A DNA stretch of 64,000 nucleotides, taken from the NCBI GenBank assembly GCA_964617045.1, contig CAZTVZ010000003.1, positions 32,257 to 96,256 of the forward strand. The letters are read 5' to 3'. Under the pieces are notes generated by a model. The model did not search any database. It was given only the letters and a program-made list of their open reading frames with translations, and had not been told where the DNA came from. This DNA is from an uncultured Gammaproteobacteria bacterium (GTDB lineage Bacteria > Patescibacteriota > Microgenomatia > UBA8517). Below are positions 34,091 to 44,596 of the stretch, piece by piece (position 1 is the first letter of the stretch; every line of letters starts with the position of its first letter). A program made the translations under genes and the position numbers.

Positions 34091-35929
34091 ATGACTAACA
34101 AGCTCCTAACAGATTTAAACAAAGAACAAAACGAGGCTGTCTCCTATTTAGGAACTCCCCTCCTTGTTTTGGCCGGTGCCGGAAGCGGTAAAACAAGGGT
34201 ACTTACTTACAGGGTTGCTTATCTTATTTCAGAGGGAGTTGCCAAATCCGAAAACATTCTTCTTCTTACTTTTACCAACAAGGCTGCAGGCGAGATGAAA
34301 GAAAGATGCGTAGATCTTATTGGAGAGGTTCCTTTCTTTGCTGGGACCTTCCATTCATTTTGTGCCAAGGTGTTAAGACAGGACGGAAGTGTAATAGGAA
34401 TTCCAAAGGGCTTTTTGATTTATGACACCCAAGACCAAAAGGACGCAATCAAAGATATACTCGAAAAGTTTAATCTCTCTTCTGACTCTTATAACCCAAA
34501 CGGTATTTTGTCTGCAATAAGCGATGCCAAGAATCAAATGTTGACACCTCTTCAATATGCAGAATACGCCCAGGGTGAATGGCAGGAACAAATATTCAAA
34601 ATCTGGCTGGAGTACGATAAATACCTAAAAGAAGTCGGGGCACTTGATTTTGACGACCTTATTATGAAAACGATGGAACTCTTCAAATACTACCCCGAAA
34701 TTCTTAAAAGATGGCAGGAAAAAATTAAATTTACTTTCGTTGACGAATGGCAAGATACAAATAAAGTTCAATACAATTTAATCAAACTAATTGTCGGTGA
34801 CAGGGGCAGTCTCACAGTAGTCGGTGATGCTTCACAATCGATTTACAGCTGGAGAGGGGCAGATTATCGCAATATCACCTATCTAATGAAAGACTATCCG
34901 AAAATTAAAATCGTCAACCTGGAACAAAACTACAGATCGACACAAAACATCTTAACTGCCGCAAACGCGGTAATTTCCAAAAACACTTCTCATCCGATTC
35001 TAAAGTTGTGGACCAGTAATGCCGTTGGAGAAAGGCTAAAACTCTATACCGCAAGAAACGGAATGGATGAGGCAGAATACGTTGTTAACGAAATAAAAGG
35101 TTTAAATATGTGGGGATATTCGCTCAAAGACATTGCGGTGCTATACAGAACAAATGCCCAATCCCGTGTTCTGGAAGAAGCCCTTCTCCACTCCGGAATA
35201 CCTTATATCCTTGTTGGGGGTACAAGATTCTATGAAAGAAAAGAAATTAAAGACGTTCTCTGTTACCTAAGACTGATTGCCAATCCACGAGATTCCGTTT
35301 CCAAAAAAAGATCTCTTAAACTAGGTAAAAGGAGATTGGAAAGATTTGAGGAATATAAAAAAGAGCTTGTTGATCCGGCTTCATACGCAACTTTGGATTT
35401 AATGGATGGTGTTCTTGCCAAAACAAAGTACTTGGATTTGTTTGAAAAAGAAACCGAAGAAAACTTGGCAAGACTGGAAAACATTAAAGAATTAAGATCG
35501 GTTGCGTCTCAATTTCCGGACATAAACGATTTTTTGGAAAATGTAGCCTTGGTTGAAGCCGAACAGGAAGCCACGATTAAAAACCAGGACAAGTCGGAAA
35601 AAGTTACCTTAATGACACTTCACTCCGCAAAGGGTCTTGAGTTCCCCGTTGTGTTTATCGTTGGTATGGAAGAGGGCATCTTTCCCCATTCTCGCTCCCT
35701 TAACGACAAATCTCAACTTGAAGAAGAACGAAGGTTGGCTTACGTCGGAATTACGAGAGCCAAAGAACTTTTATATCTTTCCTATGCCGCAAGGAGGTTA
35801 TTTTTCGGAGAACAACTCAGCAATCCACCCTCCAGATTTATCATTGAGATACCCGAGAATTTACTCCAGGGGGTCGGAACAAGTAGAATATTAGATAGTT
35901 ACAAAGACGACATAGACTTGGATATATGA
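34091..35929 (+). CDS. ATP-dependent DNA helicase, UvrD/PcrA family (short)
   Basis: Shows LLVLAGAGSGKTRVLTYRVAYLI (motif I), DEWQDTN (II), GDASQSIYSWRGA (III), LEQNYRST (IV), and HSAKGLEFPVVF/YVGITRAK (V/VI). Confidence 0.9.
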   Translation: MTNKLLTDLNKEQNEAVSYLGTPLLVLAGAGSGKTRVLTYRVAYLISEGVAKSENILLLTFTNKAAGEMKERCVDLIGEVPFFAGTFHSFCAKVLRQDGSVIGIPKGFLIYDTQDQKDAIKDILEKFNLSSDSYNPNGILSAISDAKNQMLTPLQYAEYAQGEWQEQIFKIWLEYDKYLKEVGALDFDDLIMKTMELFKYYPEILKRWQEKIKFTFVDEWQDTNKVQYNLIKLIVGDRGSLTVVGDASQSIYSWRGADYRNITYLMKDYPKIKIVNLEQNYRSTQNILTAANAVISKNTSHPILKLWTSNAVGERLKLYTARNGMDEAEYVVNEIKGLNMWGYSLKDIAVLYRTNAQSRVLEEALLHSGIPYILVGGTRFYERKEIKDVLCYLRLIANPRDSVSKKRSLKLGKRRLERFEEYKKELVDPASYATLDLMDGVLAKTKYLDLFEKETEENLARLENIKELRSVASQFPDINDFLENVALVEAEQEATIKNQDKSEKVTLMTLHSAKGLEFPVVFIVGMEEGIFPHSRSLNDKSQLEEERRLAYVGITRAKELLYLSYAARRLFFGEQLSNPPSRFIIEIPENLLQGVGTSRILDSYKDDIDLDI

Positions 35930-36927
35930 TCAGACTGGCAAACGAAAACGATAAAGGTGATTTCAATAAAGTATCTACCCATCCCCTGCAATCATGGGAG
36001 TGGGGAAACTTTCGAAGCAAATGGGGAAATAAAATTGTTAGACTCGTTGAAGAGAAAAACGGAAAAATAACAAAGGCGCTCCAGATAATTTTCTCAGTCA
36101 TTCCGCATACCACTTACACCGTAGGAACTGTTATTAAGGGGCCTGAATTGTCGCAGGAATTAATCGACAAGGTAAAGTCTATAGCCCGAGAATATAATGC
36201 AATATTTATAAAATTTGAACCCAACTTAAAGAAAAACGATAAACAAATAGAAATTTACAAGAAAAATTCTTTCGTTAAAGGTAAAAGGCTGTTTACTCCA
36301 ACTACTTTCGAAATAGATCTTACAAAATCCGAAGATGAACTATTGAAAGGTTTTTCCCAAAAAACCAGATATAACATTCGGTTGGCACAACGTTACGGGG
36401 TAATAGTAAAAGAAGACTCTTCGCAAAAAGCTTTTAACAAATATCTCGAACTTACAAAAGAGACAGTTTCCAGGCAAGGATTCTATGCACATACGCAGAA
36501 ATATCACAAGCTCATGTGGGAAGAACTAAACTCCGGTAAAAACAAAATTGCCCATTTACTAACAGCCAATTACAAAGGGGAGATTATCACCACGTGGATT
36601 CTTTTTGCTTGGAACAATTGTCTATATTATCCTTACGGAGCTTCAACAGAAAAATTCAAAAACGTAATGGCCAACAACTTAATGATGTGGGAGGCAATTA
36701 AGTATGGTAAAAAATTACATTTGAAAACGTTTGATCTTTGGGGAAGAGAAGAGGGAAAGGGTTTTACCAAGTTTAAAGAAGGATATAATCCGCAGGTTGT
36801 TGAGTTCTCCGGATCATGGGATATGCCGACATCTAATCTGTATAATTTTTACAACATCCTCGATGGGCTAAGATGGATCGTCTTAAAACTCAGGTCCAGA
36901 GTGTTGAAGATAAAACCATCTTTTTAA
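35926..36927 (+). CDS. FemAB-family peptidoglycan interpeptide-bridge aminoacyltransferase (FemX-like)
   Basis: 333 aa. QKTRYNIRLAQRYGV is the FemAB signature region. The length and secondary-structure pattern are consistent with tRNA-dependent lipid II aminoacyltransferases. Confidence 0.65.
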   Translation: MIRLANENDKGDFNKVSTHPLQSWEWGNFRSKWGNKIVRLVEEKNGKITKALQIIFSVIPHTTYTVGTVIKGPELSQELIDKVKSIAREYNAIFIKFEPNLKKNDKQIEIYKKNSFVKGKRLFTPTTFEIDLTKSEDELLKGFSQKTRYNIRLAQRYGVIVKEDSSQKAFNKYLELTKETVSRQGFYAHTQKYHKLMWEELNSGKNKIAHLLTANYKGEIITTWILFAWNNCLYYPYGASTEKFKNVMANNLMMWEAIKYGKKLHLKTFDLWGREEGKGFTKFKEGYNPQVVEFSGSWDMPTSNLYNFYNILDGLRWIVLKLRSRVLKIKPSF

Positions 36928-39827
36928 GACATTTCTCTGCAAAATAAACTGAATTCGCAATTTCGACAGAATATATGTCCCGAGCATTTGAAATCCGATT
37001 TTTCAATTTCTTCTCTAACTCTGAATATTTCTTCTTCTGCCTGAATAAGTTGTTCCTTTGTTCTCATCGTAGATAATTTTTCTTGTTCATCCAGAAAATA
37101 CAATGATAGTTTAACTTTCTCCGGAGACACACCAAATGGTTTTTCGGTAATTTTGGATGCAGCGAGAGCATAAAATGAAAGCTGCAAATTATTATCAACT
37201 TCTTTTTGAGTGGGAATATTGGCACCCGTTTTGTAGTCAACAATTTCTATCGAACCGTCCGGAAGAATGTCCACCCTGTCAATTTTTCCACCTATTCTTA
37301 TACTTCTCCCCTTTCTGTCTCTTGGCAACAAAGGGATATTGAACATTTGTTCCATTGCGACCGGTTTGATTTTTGGATTAAAACCTGACTTTAAATATCC
37401 ACTCAAATACATACACCCTTTCATATAAAATTTTTCTCCGTGAGCTTTGTTGAGATACCCTTCGTTAATCCAGTTTTCTTTAAAAATATTATGAAGTAAT
37501 TCTTCGGTCGGCTTTTCCCCAATCAAAGTTTTTTCGTAAAATGCTTTCATTGTTAAGTGAATTGATGTTCCAAAACTTTGACTCGCTGTCTGGGGTGTTG
37601 GAAGACCATAAATATATTTCAACTTATAATGAAGCGGGCATATATTAAATGTTTCAATCTGGGAATATGACAAGTAATCAATTTTTAATTTCCTGGGTTC
37701 TTCTTCAACTTCACTTTCTGATTTCTTGTAATCTAGAAAACTTAATTGTGTAACAGAACCTTCATAATCTTTAATCTCTGCTTCGTCGCCCAAAGCTTCA
37801 AAGATAAAAGGAGACAATTTCTTTTCTCTTTTCCCTTCTCCATAGTAGTCTGCTGCGGTAAAAAACAATTTGTCTTTTGCCCTGGTCATACCCACATAAA
37901 AAAGCCTTCTTTCTTCCTGGATATGATAATCGCCTATTGGCAATATTTCTTTTATCATTCTTTCCGGAATGGGAATTTGCTCCGATCTTTGGCGAGAAGG
38001 AAAACGTTCGCCAACTAAATTGACCAAAAATACAACCGGGAATTCGAGACCTTTGGATGAATGAACAGTTAGTATATTTACGGCATTTACTTCGGTCCAA
38101 TCCGTATCAGCCGCCAGAGGTGACTCGCCCATCTCCGAAGATAACTCTAAATAATCGACCACAACGGGAACGGTGGAATCTTCATGATCTACTTCATAGC
38201 TTTTCAACTTATTAAAAAATTTGGAAATATTAGTGGCAATTTTCTCTGCGGCAGGGGTATCCGGAGACATCAATTTTTGCAGTAAACCAGTGTCTTCCAA
38301 ATAATCATAGAGAATTTGTCCCGCACTTTCTTTTTTTACTTCATATAGATGTTTTTTTATTATCCCGACAATCTTGGTTATCTTTTCTTTCGTGTCGGAT
38401 GAAACGTATATTTCATCTACTTTTTCGCAAGCTTCAAAAAGAGAAAGGTTTTTCCTTTTTGCATAATTCCCCAATGCGGCAATATCTCTGGGCAATATGT
38501 CGAAATAATCATTCCCAATAACCCTATATAGGGCAACTGAGTCTTCAAAATTATTTATTACTTTTAAATAGGATATTAAATCTATTATTTCCGATTGTTT
38601 GTAAAGTTTTCCGGGTCCTAAAAACTGAACCGGGATACCCTTCCTGTTTAACGCCCGGATAAATGGTTCTGCGTGGTCGTTTGCTCGAACAAGTATGGCA
38701 AAATCTTTGTATTGGTATCCCTCGTCGGATAGTTCCTTTATTTTCGTTGCAACCATTTCCGCTTCGTTTTCGACCCTCTTGGCATGCAGAAAAATTACTC
38801 TTTCTCCATCTTTTGATATCTGCGATATCAATTTTTTATTAATTTTTTCAACCGCTTCCAATCGATCCGGATTATTATTTTGAATGAGTTTATAGCTCTT
38901 ATTCAATATTTCCTGTGTGCTACGATAGTTCTTGGTTAATACAACAATTTTGGCTTTAGGAAAATGTTTCCGAAATTCAATAATATTTGAGACAGCTGCT
39001 CCTCTAAATCTATAAATCGACTGATCGTCATCTCCACAAACAGTAATGTTTTTGTCATCCCCGGCAAGAAGTATCGCTAGTTCATTTTGTGCATAGTTTG
39101 TATCCTGAAATTCGTCAATCAATATATATCTGAATTTTTTCTGATACTCCTTTAGTACATTTTTTCTTTTTTTGAAAAGCTGTAAAGTCTTGACGATTAG
39201 ATCTCCAAAGTCCATAAATCCGTTTTCGATTTTTATTTGGTCGTATGCTTTATAAGCTTCGGCCAATTCTTTGAATTTTTTGTAATCTTCTTTTTCTAGT
39301 TTCTCTTTGTTTTTATTTACCCATTCTAGATACTCTTCCGGACTAATATCTTCGTCTTGAAGTCTGGAAAAATGTTGCAACATCCCTTCAATAAATTTGT
39401 TGGGGTTTCCAAGAGGTCTAAAATAATCCAGTTTTAGTTTGAAAAGGTTATCTCTCAACAGTTGTGTTGCGGTTGCTTCTGAAAGAAGTGTGTATTTGGG
39501 GCTTATCCCAATCTGCAGTGCTTCTTGCCTGAGAATTCTGTCGCAAAAGGAGTGAAATGTTGATATCCACATTTGGGTGTATCCATACGGCATTGCAGTA
39601 TCCACTCTCTCTTCCATTTCTCTCGATGCTTTTTCAGTAAAGGTAAGTGCAAGCACTTCACAAGGTTTTGCGTATTTACCAAGAATTAAATATTTGATTC
39701 TTTCAGTGATAACGGTTGTCTTCCCCGTTCCCGCACCGGCAATAATCAATAAGGGTCCGTTTTTATGCTTAATGGCTTCTTCCTGTTCTTTGTTTAATCT
39801 TTTTCCTTCAACTATTTTTTTGATCAT
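36924..39827 (-). CDS. UvrD-like helicase fused to C-terminal Fe-S (Cas4/AddB-type) PD-(D/E)xK nuclease
   Basis: A full set of SF1A motifs is present: IIAGAGTGKTT, IDEFQDTN, GDDDQSIYRFRGA, NYRST, HSSKGLEFPVVF and YVGMTRAK. The C-terminal nuclease has ICPLHY, then D...EIVDYKTG, LQLSFYALAA, and C-x5-C-x2-C-x5-C at the extreme C-terminus. Confidence 0.8.
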   Translation of the reverse strand: MIKKIVEGKRLNKEQEEAIKHKNGPLLIIAGAGTGKTTVITERIKYLILGKYAKPCEVLALTFTEKASREMEERVDTAMPYGYTQMWISTFHSFCDRILRQEALQIGISPKYTLLSEATATQLLRDNLFKLKLDYFRPLGNPNKFIEGMLQHFSRLQDEDISPEEYLEWVNKNKEKLEKEDYKKFKELAEAYKAYDQIKIENGFMDFGDLIVKTLQLFKKRKNVLKEYQKKFRYILIDEFQDTNYAQNELAILLAGDDKNITVCGDDDQSIYRFRGAAVSNIIEFRKHFPKAKIVVLTKNYRSTQEILNKSYKLIQNNNPDRLEAVEKINKKLISQISKDGERVIFLHAKRVENEAEMVATKIKELSDEGYQYKDFAILVRANDHAEPFIRALNRKGIPVQFLGPGKLYKQSEIIDLISYLKVINNFEDSVALYRVIGNDYFDILPRDIAALGNYAKRKNLSLFEACEKVDEIYVSSDTKEKITKIVGIIKKHLYEVKKESAGQILYDYLEDTGLLQKLMSPDTPAAEKIATNISKFFNKLKSYEVDHEDSTVPVVVDYLELSSEMGESPLAADTDWTEVNAVNILTVHSSKGLEFPVVFLVNLVGERFPSRQRSEQIPIPERMIKEILPIGDYHIQEERRLFYVGMTRAKDKLFFTAADYYGEGKREKKLSPFIFEALGDEAEIKDYEGSVTQLSFLDYKKSESEVEEEPRKLKIDYLSYSQIETFNICPLHYKLKYIYGLPTPQTASQSFGTSIHLTMKAFYEKTLIGEKPTEELLHNIFKENWINEGYLNKAHGEKFYMKGCMYLSGYLKSGFNPKIKPVAMEQMFNIPLLPRDRKGRSIRIGGKIDRVDILPDGSIEIVDYKTGANIPTQKEVDNNLQLSFYALAASKITEKPFGVSPEKVKLSLYFLDEQEKLSTMRTKEQLIQAEEEIFRVREEIEKSDFKCSGHIFCRNCEFSLFCREMS

Positions 39828-40843
39828 CAGAAGTCCTCATTCTTGGATATCTTCTTTACGCCATCACCCAAATTTTGGGTTGAAGCAATTTTTTGTCCCA
39901 ATTGGGAAAAAGTACTGAATACATTTCCCATCATGTTATAAGCATTATTTAAATGTTTTTGTAAAACACCCAAGTTGTCACCGACTTTTTCGTAATCTTT
40001 GTGAATTGCCCTTAGTGCAGACAGTATTTCTCTTGCCTGTGCTTCTATCTTCTGGCCTTCAAAACTCATTAAAATGGCTCTTATGTATGCATAAAAAGTC
40101 GTGGGAGAAACAGGGAGTACTCTTTTAGAACTTGCGTATTCAAATAGTTCCTGATTGTTAGCAACTTCGTAATATACAGCTTCCGAAGGGATATACATCA
40201 GAGCATAATCAATAGTTCCTTCCTCGGTTAAAATATATTTTTTGGAAATAGCATCAATATGTGATTTAACATCTCTTACAAATTCTTTTTCGTAAACTTT
40301 TTTCTCCGCACCGGTTCCGTCACCACTCATTTTTCGAAAATTTTCCAAAGGGAACTTGGAATCTATCGGGATAATTCCGGCCTGGGTTTTGATTGCTGCG
40401 TCAACCTTCTCTCCCGATTTGAAAGTGTACTGTAAATTGAAGGAGCTTTTAGGAAGCATCTGACCCAAAAGTTCTTTGAGAACTTGTTCTCCGATATTTC
40501 CTCTTAATTTTGGGCTGCTTAAAAATTCTTGTAATTCTTTCATCCCTCGTCCTATCTCACTCATTTCACCGATATTTCTTTGCACGGAAGAGATTACTTT
40601 TGCGGCATTATCAAGTCGTTCATTCAGAGATCTTGTCGATTCGTTTAACGATCTGCTGATATTTTTATTTTGCTCATCAAGCCTTGTATTTGTTGTTCTT
40701 AAGTATTCCAGAAGTTCCTCTGAGGGCTTTTGAGAATCTTTTATCTCGGATAGTTTTTTATTAATAAGAAGGCCAACTATTACGACAACTGCAAGTATAA
40801 TAACAAGTATTAGGGTTGGGTCCATTGCAAGACATAATAACAC
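39827..40843 (-). CDS. rmuC: DNA recombination protein RmuC
   Basis: An N-terminal TM and coiled-coil are followed by the RmuC core (KLRGNIGEQVLKELL, then the nuclease-like C-terminus). Confidence 0.7.
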   Translation of the reverse strand: MLLCLAMDPTLILVIILAVVVIVGLLINKKLSEIKDSQKPSEELLEYLRTTNTRLDEQNKNISRSLNESTRSLNERLDNAAKVISSVQRNIGEMSEIGRGMKELQEFLSSPKLRGNIGEQVLKELLGQMLPKSSFNLQYTFKSGEKVDAAIKTQAGIIPIDSKFPLENFRKMSGDGTGAEKKVYEKEFVRDVKSHIDAISKKYILTEEGTIDYALMYIPSEAVYYEVANNQELFEYASSKRVLPVSPTTFYAYIRAILMSFEGQKIEAQAREILSALRAIHKDYEKVGDNLGVLQKHLNNAYNMMGNVFSTFSQLGQKIASTQNLGDGVKKISKNEDF

Positions 40844-40864
40844 TAACCTAAACTAAATAAAACG

Positions 40865-41203
40865 ATGAAGAATTCGCTAAGAAAAAAAGAAATTATTAAA
40901 AGAAAAAACTTTTTTCCAACCTTAATCGTAACAATCCTTGTGTGGTTGTCTTTAGGTTTCCTGATATATTTTGTCGAACCTGATTTTATGTTTGCTATTC
41001 CCCTATTTTTTATCCTGGTATTCTTTGCTTTATTGTTTACTTTTTCAACAATTCTTGTAAACAGTCGACAAGGTTTAATTGTCAGCTTAACTTTGACAAC
41101 ATTTTTAATTCTTCGATATTTTGGAGTGGGAAACATTATTAACTTTCTTCTCCTGATGGGGCTAGCAATTACACTGGAATTATTTATTCAAAAAAGAAAA
41201 TAG
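40865..41203 (+). CDS. small polytopic membrane protein (hypothetical)
   Basis: 112 aa with 3 hydrophobic helices. Confidence 0.35.
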   Translation: MKNSLRKKEIIKRKNFFPTLIVTILVWLSLGFLIYFVEPDFMFAIPLFFILVFFALLFTFSTILVNSRQGLIVSLTLTTFLILRYFGVGNIINFLLLMGLAITLELFIQKRK

Positions 41204-41208
41204 TTTAC

Positions 41209-41236
41209 TTGACTCATTCTCCAATCTTGATATACT
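41209..41236 (+). promoter_or_regulatory. sigma70-like promoter (TTGACT-16-TATACT) upstream of yerC-like/metG
   Basis: The -35 is at 41209-41214 and the -10 at 41231-41236. The downstream ATG is at 41254. Confidence 0.45.
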
Positions 41237-41253
41237 GCCCTTACATTTTTAAA

Positions 41254-41616
41254 ATGCGTATTTCCGAACAAAAAATCAATAAAATATTAAGAAACCAAAT
41301 TATTCGTACTCTTGCTCAAACCCTTGCTGACTTCAACAAAACCGATCAAATGGAAGTATTCCTCAAAGATTTTTTTAACGACAGTGAATTGGAAACATTT
41401 GCCAAAAGACTCGCCGTTGCATATTGGCTAAGAAAAAAGAGAAGTTATGTGAATATCAAGGAAAATTTGAAAGTATCTTCCGCAACAATTGCATCAATTC
41501 AAGATACGCTGGAAAGACCCGGAATGAAATTGGCCATAAAGGACATGGAGGCAGAGGAATGGGCGAACGTATGGAGCGAAAAAATAAAGGGCTTTATCAA
41601 TCACAAAAACGCATAA
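41254..41616 (+). CDS. TrpR/YerC-YecD-like small DNA-binding protein
   Basis: About 120 aa, all-helical, with an HTH around LKVSSATIASIQDTLERPG. The six-frame ORF starts at 41209, but the Met at 41254 follows the promoter. Confidence 0.45.
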   Translation: MRISEQKINKILRNQIIRTLAQTLADFNKTDQMEVFLKDFFNDSELETFAKRLAVAYWLRKKRSYVNIKENLKVSSATIASIQDTLERPGMKLAIKDMEAEEWANVWSEKIKGFINHKNA

Positions 41617-41670
41617 AGCAATAATCCCCTTGTAGTAGCTTCGAACCTGATTTCGCGATAAAATACGCTT

Positions 41671-43062
41671 ATGGGAAACAAATTTTTTGTCACAACAGCA
41701 ATCGACTACACTAACGATGTAATCCATATTGGACACGCTTATCAAAAAATAATTGCCGACATATTTGCCAGATATCATCGACAAAAAGGCGAGGATGTCT
41801 TTTTTTTGACAGGAACGGACGAACACGGAGGAACAAGTGAACAGGCCGCAAAAAAAGAGGGCATAACCCCAAGTGAATATGTAAACAGGATATCCGAGAA
41901 AGACAGGCTTGAACTTGATTCTTTAAATATTTCATACGACCGATTTATAAGGACAACGGATTTAGACCATAAAGAGCTGGTCAAAGAGTTTTATGAAAAA
42001 GTCAAATCCCAAGGAGATATATACAAAGGAGAATATGAAGGATTCTACTGTACAGGTTGCGAATCAGCAAAAAGAAATAACGAAATAGTAGACGGCAAGT
42101 GCCCTCTTCATCCAACAAAAGATTTGGAAACAATTAAAGAAGAAAACTATTTTTTCAAATGGTCAAAATACAAAGATTTTTTGATAGATCTGATTCAAAA
42201 CAATCCCGAATTTGTACAACCTGAATCCCAAAGAAAAAATATGTTGGGATTTTTAAAAGAAGGTCTGGAAGATATTGCAATATCAAGACCAACATCAAAA
42301 GTCTCTTGGGGAATTCCGGTTCCCGATGACCCCGACCAAGTTATCTATGTTTGGTTTGATGCACTAATAAACTATATTACCGGAGCTCCCGAATGTTGGC
42401 CTGCAGATATTCATATTTTGGGAAAAGATAACGTCAGGTGGCATGCTCTTCTGTGGCCGGCAATGCTTAAATCAGCAGGCTTTGAATTGCCAAAAACAAT
42501 TTATGGGCACGGTTTTATTACACTCAATGGAGAAAAGATCAGTAAAAGCAGGGGTAATGTTATTAGACCATCTGAACTTACCGAAAAATATGGAGTAGAT
42601 TCCGTAAGATATTACTTCGCAAAATTTGGGCCTTGGCTTGAAGATACCGATCTTTCAATTTCGAAATTGGAAGAAGCATACAATTCCGACCTTGCAAACG
42701 GATTAGGGAACTTGGTGGCAAGAGTAGCCAAACTCTGCGAAAAAAGCGGATTAAAATTTGAAACAATAGAGGAATGTTTTTATCCGGAATTGGAAAAACA
42801 TTTAGATAATCTTTCACCCCAACTTGCTTTGGAATATATTTGGAATACAAAAATTCAAGAAGCCAACAAATATGTTGACGAAAAGCAACCCTGGGCATTA
42901 AGCGGAGATCAATTAAAAGAAGTGCTCGAAAACCTAGTCAATGCAGTCAGACAAATTGCTTTTAACATTAAACCCTATTTACCCGAAACATCTGATAAAA
43001 TAAGCGAGCAGTTTAATCGGGGCAGGATCTCCGCAGAAGACCCGCTCTTCCCAAGAATTTAA
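41671..43062 (+). CDS. metG: methionine--tRNA ligase, minimal form
   Basis: Shows VIHIGHAY (HIGH), GTDEHG, a Zn knuckle (CTGC...CPLH), and KISKSRGN (KMSKS). At 463 aa it has no C-terminal tRNA-binding extension. Confidence 0.9.
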   Translation: MGNKFFVTTAIDYTNDVIHIGHAYQKIIADIFARYHRQKGEDVFFLTGTDEHGGTSEQAAKKEGITPSEYVNRISEKDRLELDSLNISYDRFIRTTDLDHKELVKEFYEKVKSQGDIYKGEYEGFYCTGCESAKRNNEIVDGKCPLHPTKDLETIKEENYFFKWSKYKDFLIDLIQNNPEFVQPESQRKNMLGFLKEGLEDIAISRPTSKVSWGIPVPDDPDQVIYVWFDALINYITGAPECWPADIHILGKDNVRWHALLWPAMLKSAGFELPKTIYGHGFITLNGEKISKSRGNVIRPSELTEKYGVDSVRYYFAKFGPWLEDTDLSISKLEEAYNSDLANGLGNLVARVAKLCEKSGLKFETIEECFYPELEKHLDNLSPQLALEYIWNTKIQEANKYVDEKQPWALSGDQLKEVLENLVNAVRQIAFNIKPYLPETSDKISEQFNRGRISAEDPLFPRI

Positions 43063-44553
43063 ATGAAAAATTTTATCGTTAAACATGACAGGTTTTTTCA
43101 AAGATTGCTGGAAATTCTTCCCGGCTTTTTTTCTTGGAATGTAATACTTTTCCCTTACTGGGGTATTTTCGTAATACCGGACGTTGTCGCCTACTTCGTT
43201 CTTCTCTATAACATTTACTGGTTTTATCAGTCGGTCCAAATAGCAGGATCGGCAATTATTTCCCATCTTAGGATTCAGGCTTCAATGAATTACGATTGGA
43301 TAGGAGATTTAAAAAATTTTCCAGATTACAAGAAGGTTCACCATGTAGTAATTATTCCAACCTACAAAGAGCCTCTGCACATCTTGCAAAGAACTCTTAA
43401 TTCACTTGCCGGACAGACACTGTCAACAAAACAGATTACTGCAGTTCTGGCAATGGAAAAGAAAGAACCGGAAGAGGACAGACTTGCAAAAGTAAAGGTT
43501 TTGAAAAAAGAGTTCGGTAAAGTCTTTGCAAACCTAATTATTACGGTACACGAATTACAGGTCGGAGAAGTTGTTGGTAAAGCATCAAACGAAAGATACG
43601 CTGCTATTGAAGTAAAAAAACAACTAGTCGACAAGGAGGGTATGAATATCGACTACATGACGGTTACATCCTGTGATGCAGACCACAAATACCATCCTCA
43701 ACATTTTGCAGTACTTACCTATCGATTCCTTGATAATCCAAACAGATATAAATTCTTCTGGCAACCGGCAGTCATGTTTTACAACAATATCTGGGAGCTT
43801 CCGGCGATAACAAGAGTTCCCAATACTTTTGGTTCTATATGGAACTTATCTCAACTTCCTCGAAAAGACAGATTGATAAATGCTCAGAACTATTCTTTGT
43901 CGTTCAAGCTTCTTGATAGAGTTGGATATTGGGATGCAAGCATTATCCCTGAAGACTGGAACATATTTTTCAAAGCTTTTTATAAAGCAGGAGGAGGAAT
44001 AGAAGTCGAACCGATTTATCTTCCCTTGCATGCAGACGCAGCTCAATCAACATCTTTCTGGAAAACAGTTAAGAATCAGTATGAACAATTTAAACGATGG
44101 GCTTGGGGCGTATCCGACGATCCCTGGATAATCAAAAATTATTTGTCCACACCCGAAATTCCATTTTGGGATAAAACAATGAGACTTCTTACAGCACTGT
44201 GGGCACATTTCTTGTGGCCTGTAAACTGGTTCATCATCACCTTGGGTATTACAATTCCCACCCTCCTTAATCCTGCATTTGGAAGAACAACATTGGGCTA
44301 TACGGTTCCCAAGTTGTCATCCTTTATCCTAACCGTAGCTTTAGCTTTCCTTGTTGTCACTCTGATAATCGACTATATCTACAAGCCGAAAAGACCGCAG
44401 GGATTCCCTTTGTGGAGAGCGATTCTTGTGCCTTTTGAATTTGTATTGATGCCCATCGCCGGATTTTTCTTTTCGGCTCTTCCCGGTCTTGATGCTCACA
44501 CAAGACTTATGCTTGGAAAATACATTGAATACAAAGTTACTGAAAAAGTATAA
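43063..44553 (+). CDS. processive family-2 glycosyltransferase (membrane-embedded, cellulose/hyaluronan-synthase-like)
   Basis: Shows VVIIPTYKEP, SCDADH (a DxD-like motif) and QYEQFKRWAWG (QxxRW). There are N-terminal TMs and a C-terminal TM bundle. Confidence 0.75.
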   Translation: MKNFIVKHDRFFQRLLEILPGFFSWNVILFPYWGIFVIPDVVAYFVLLYNIYWFYQSVQIAGSAIISHLRIQASMNYDWIGDLKNFPDYKKVHHVVIIPTYKEPLHILQRTLNSLAGQTLSTKQITAVLAMEKKEPEEDRLAKVKVLKKEFGKVFANLIITVHELQVGEVVGKASNERYAAIEVKKQLVDKEGMNIDYMTVTSCDADHKYHPQHFAVLTYRFLDNPNRYKFFWQPAVMFYNNIWELPAITRVPNTFGSIWNLSQLPRKDRLINAQNYSLSFKLLDRVGYWDASIIPEDWNIFFKAFYKAGGGIEVEPIYLPLHADAAQSTSFWKTVKNQYEQFKRWAWGVSDDPWIIKNYLSTPEIPFWDKTMRLLTALWAHFLWPVNWFIITLGITIPTLLNPAFGRTTLGYTVPKLSSFILTVALAFLVVTLIIDYIYKPKRPQGFPLWRAILVPFEFVLMPIAGFFFSALPGLDAHTRLMLGKYIEYKVTEKV

Positions 44554-44596
44554 TTTATATTTTCCTCACAACTAAGTTATACTAATTAAGAATCCC

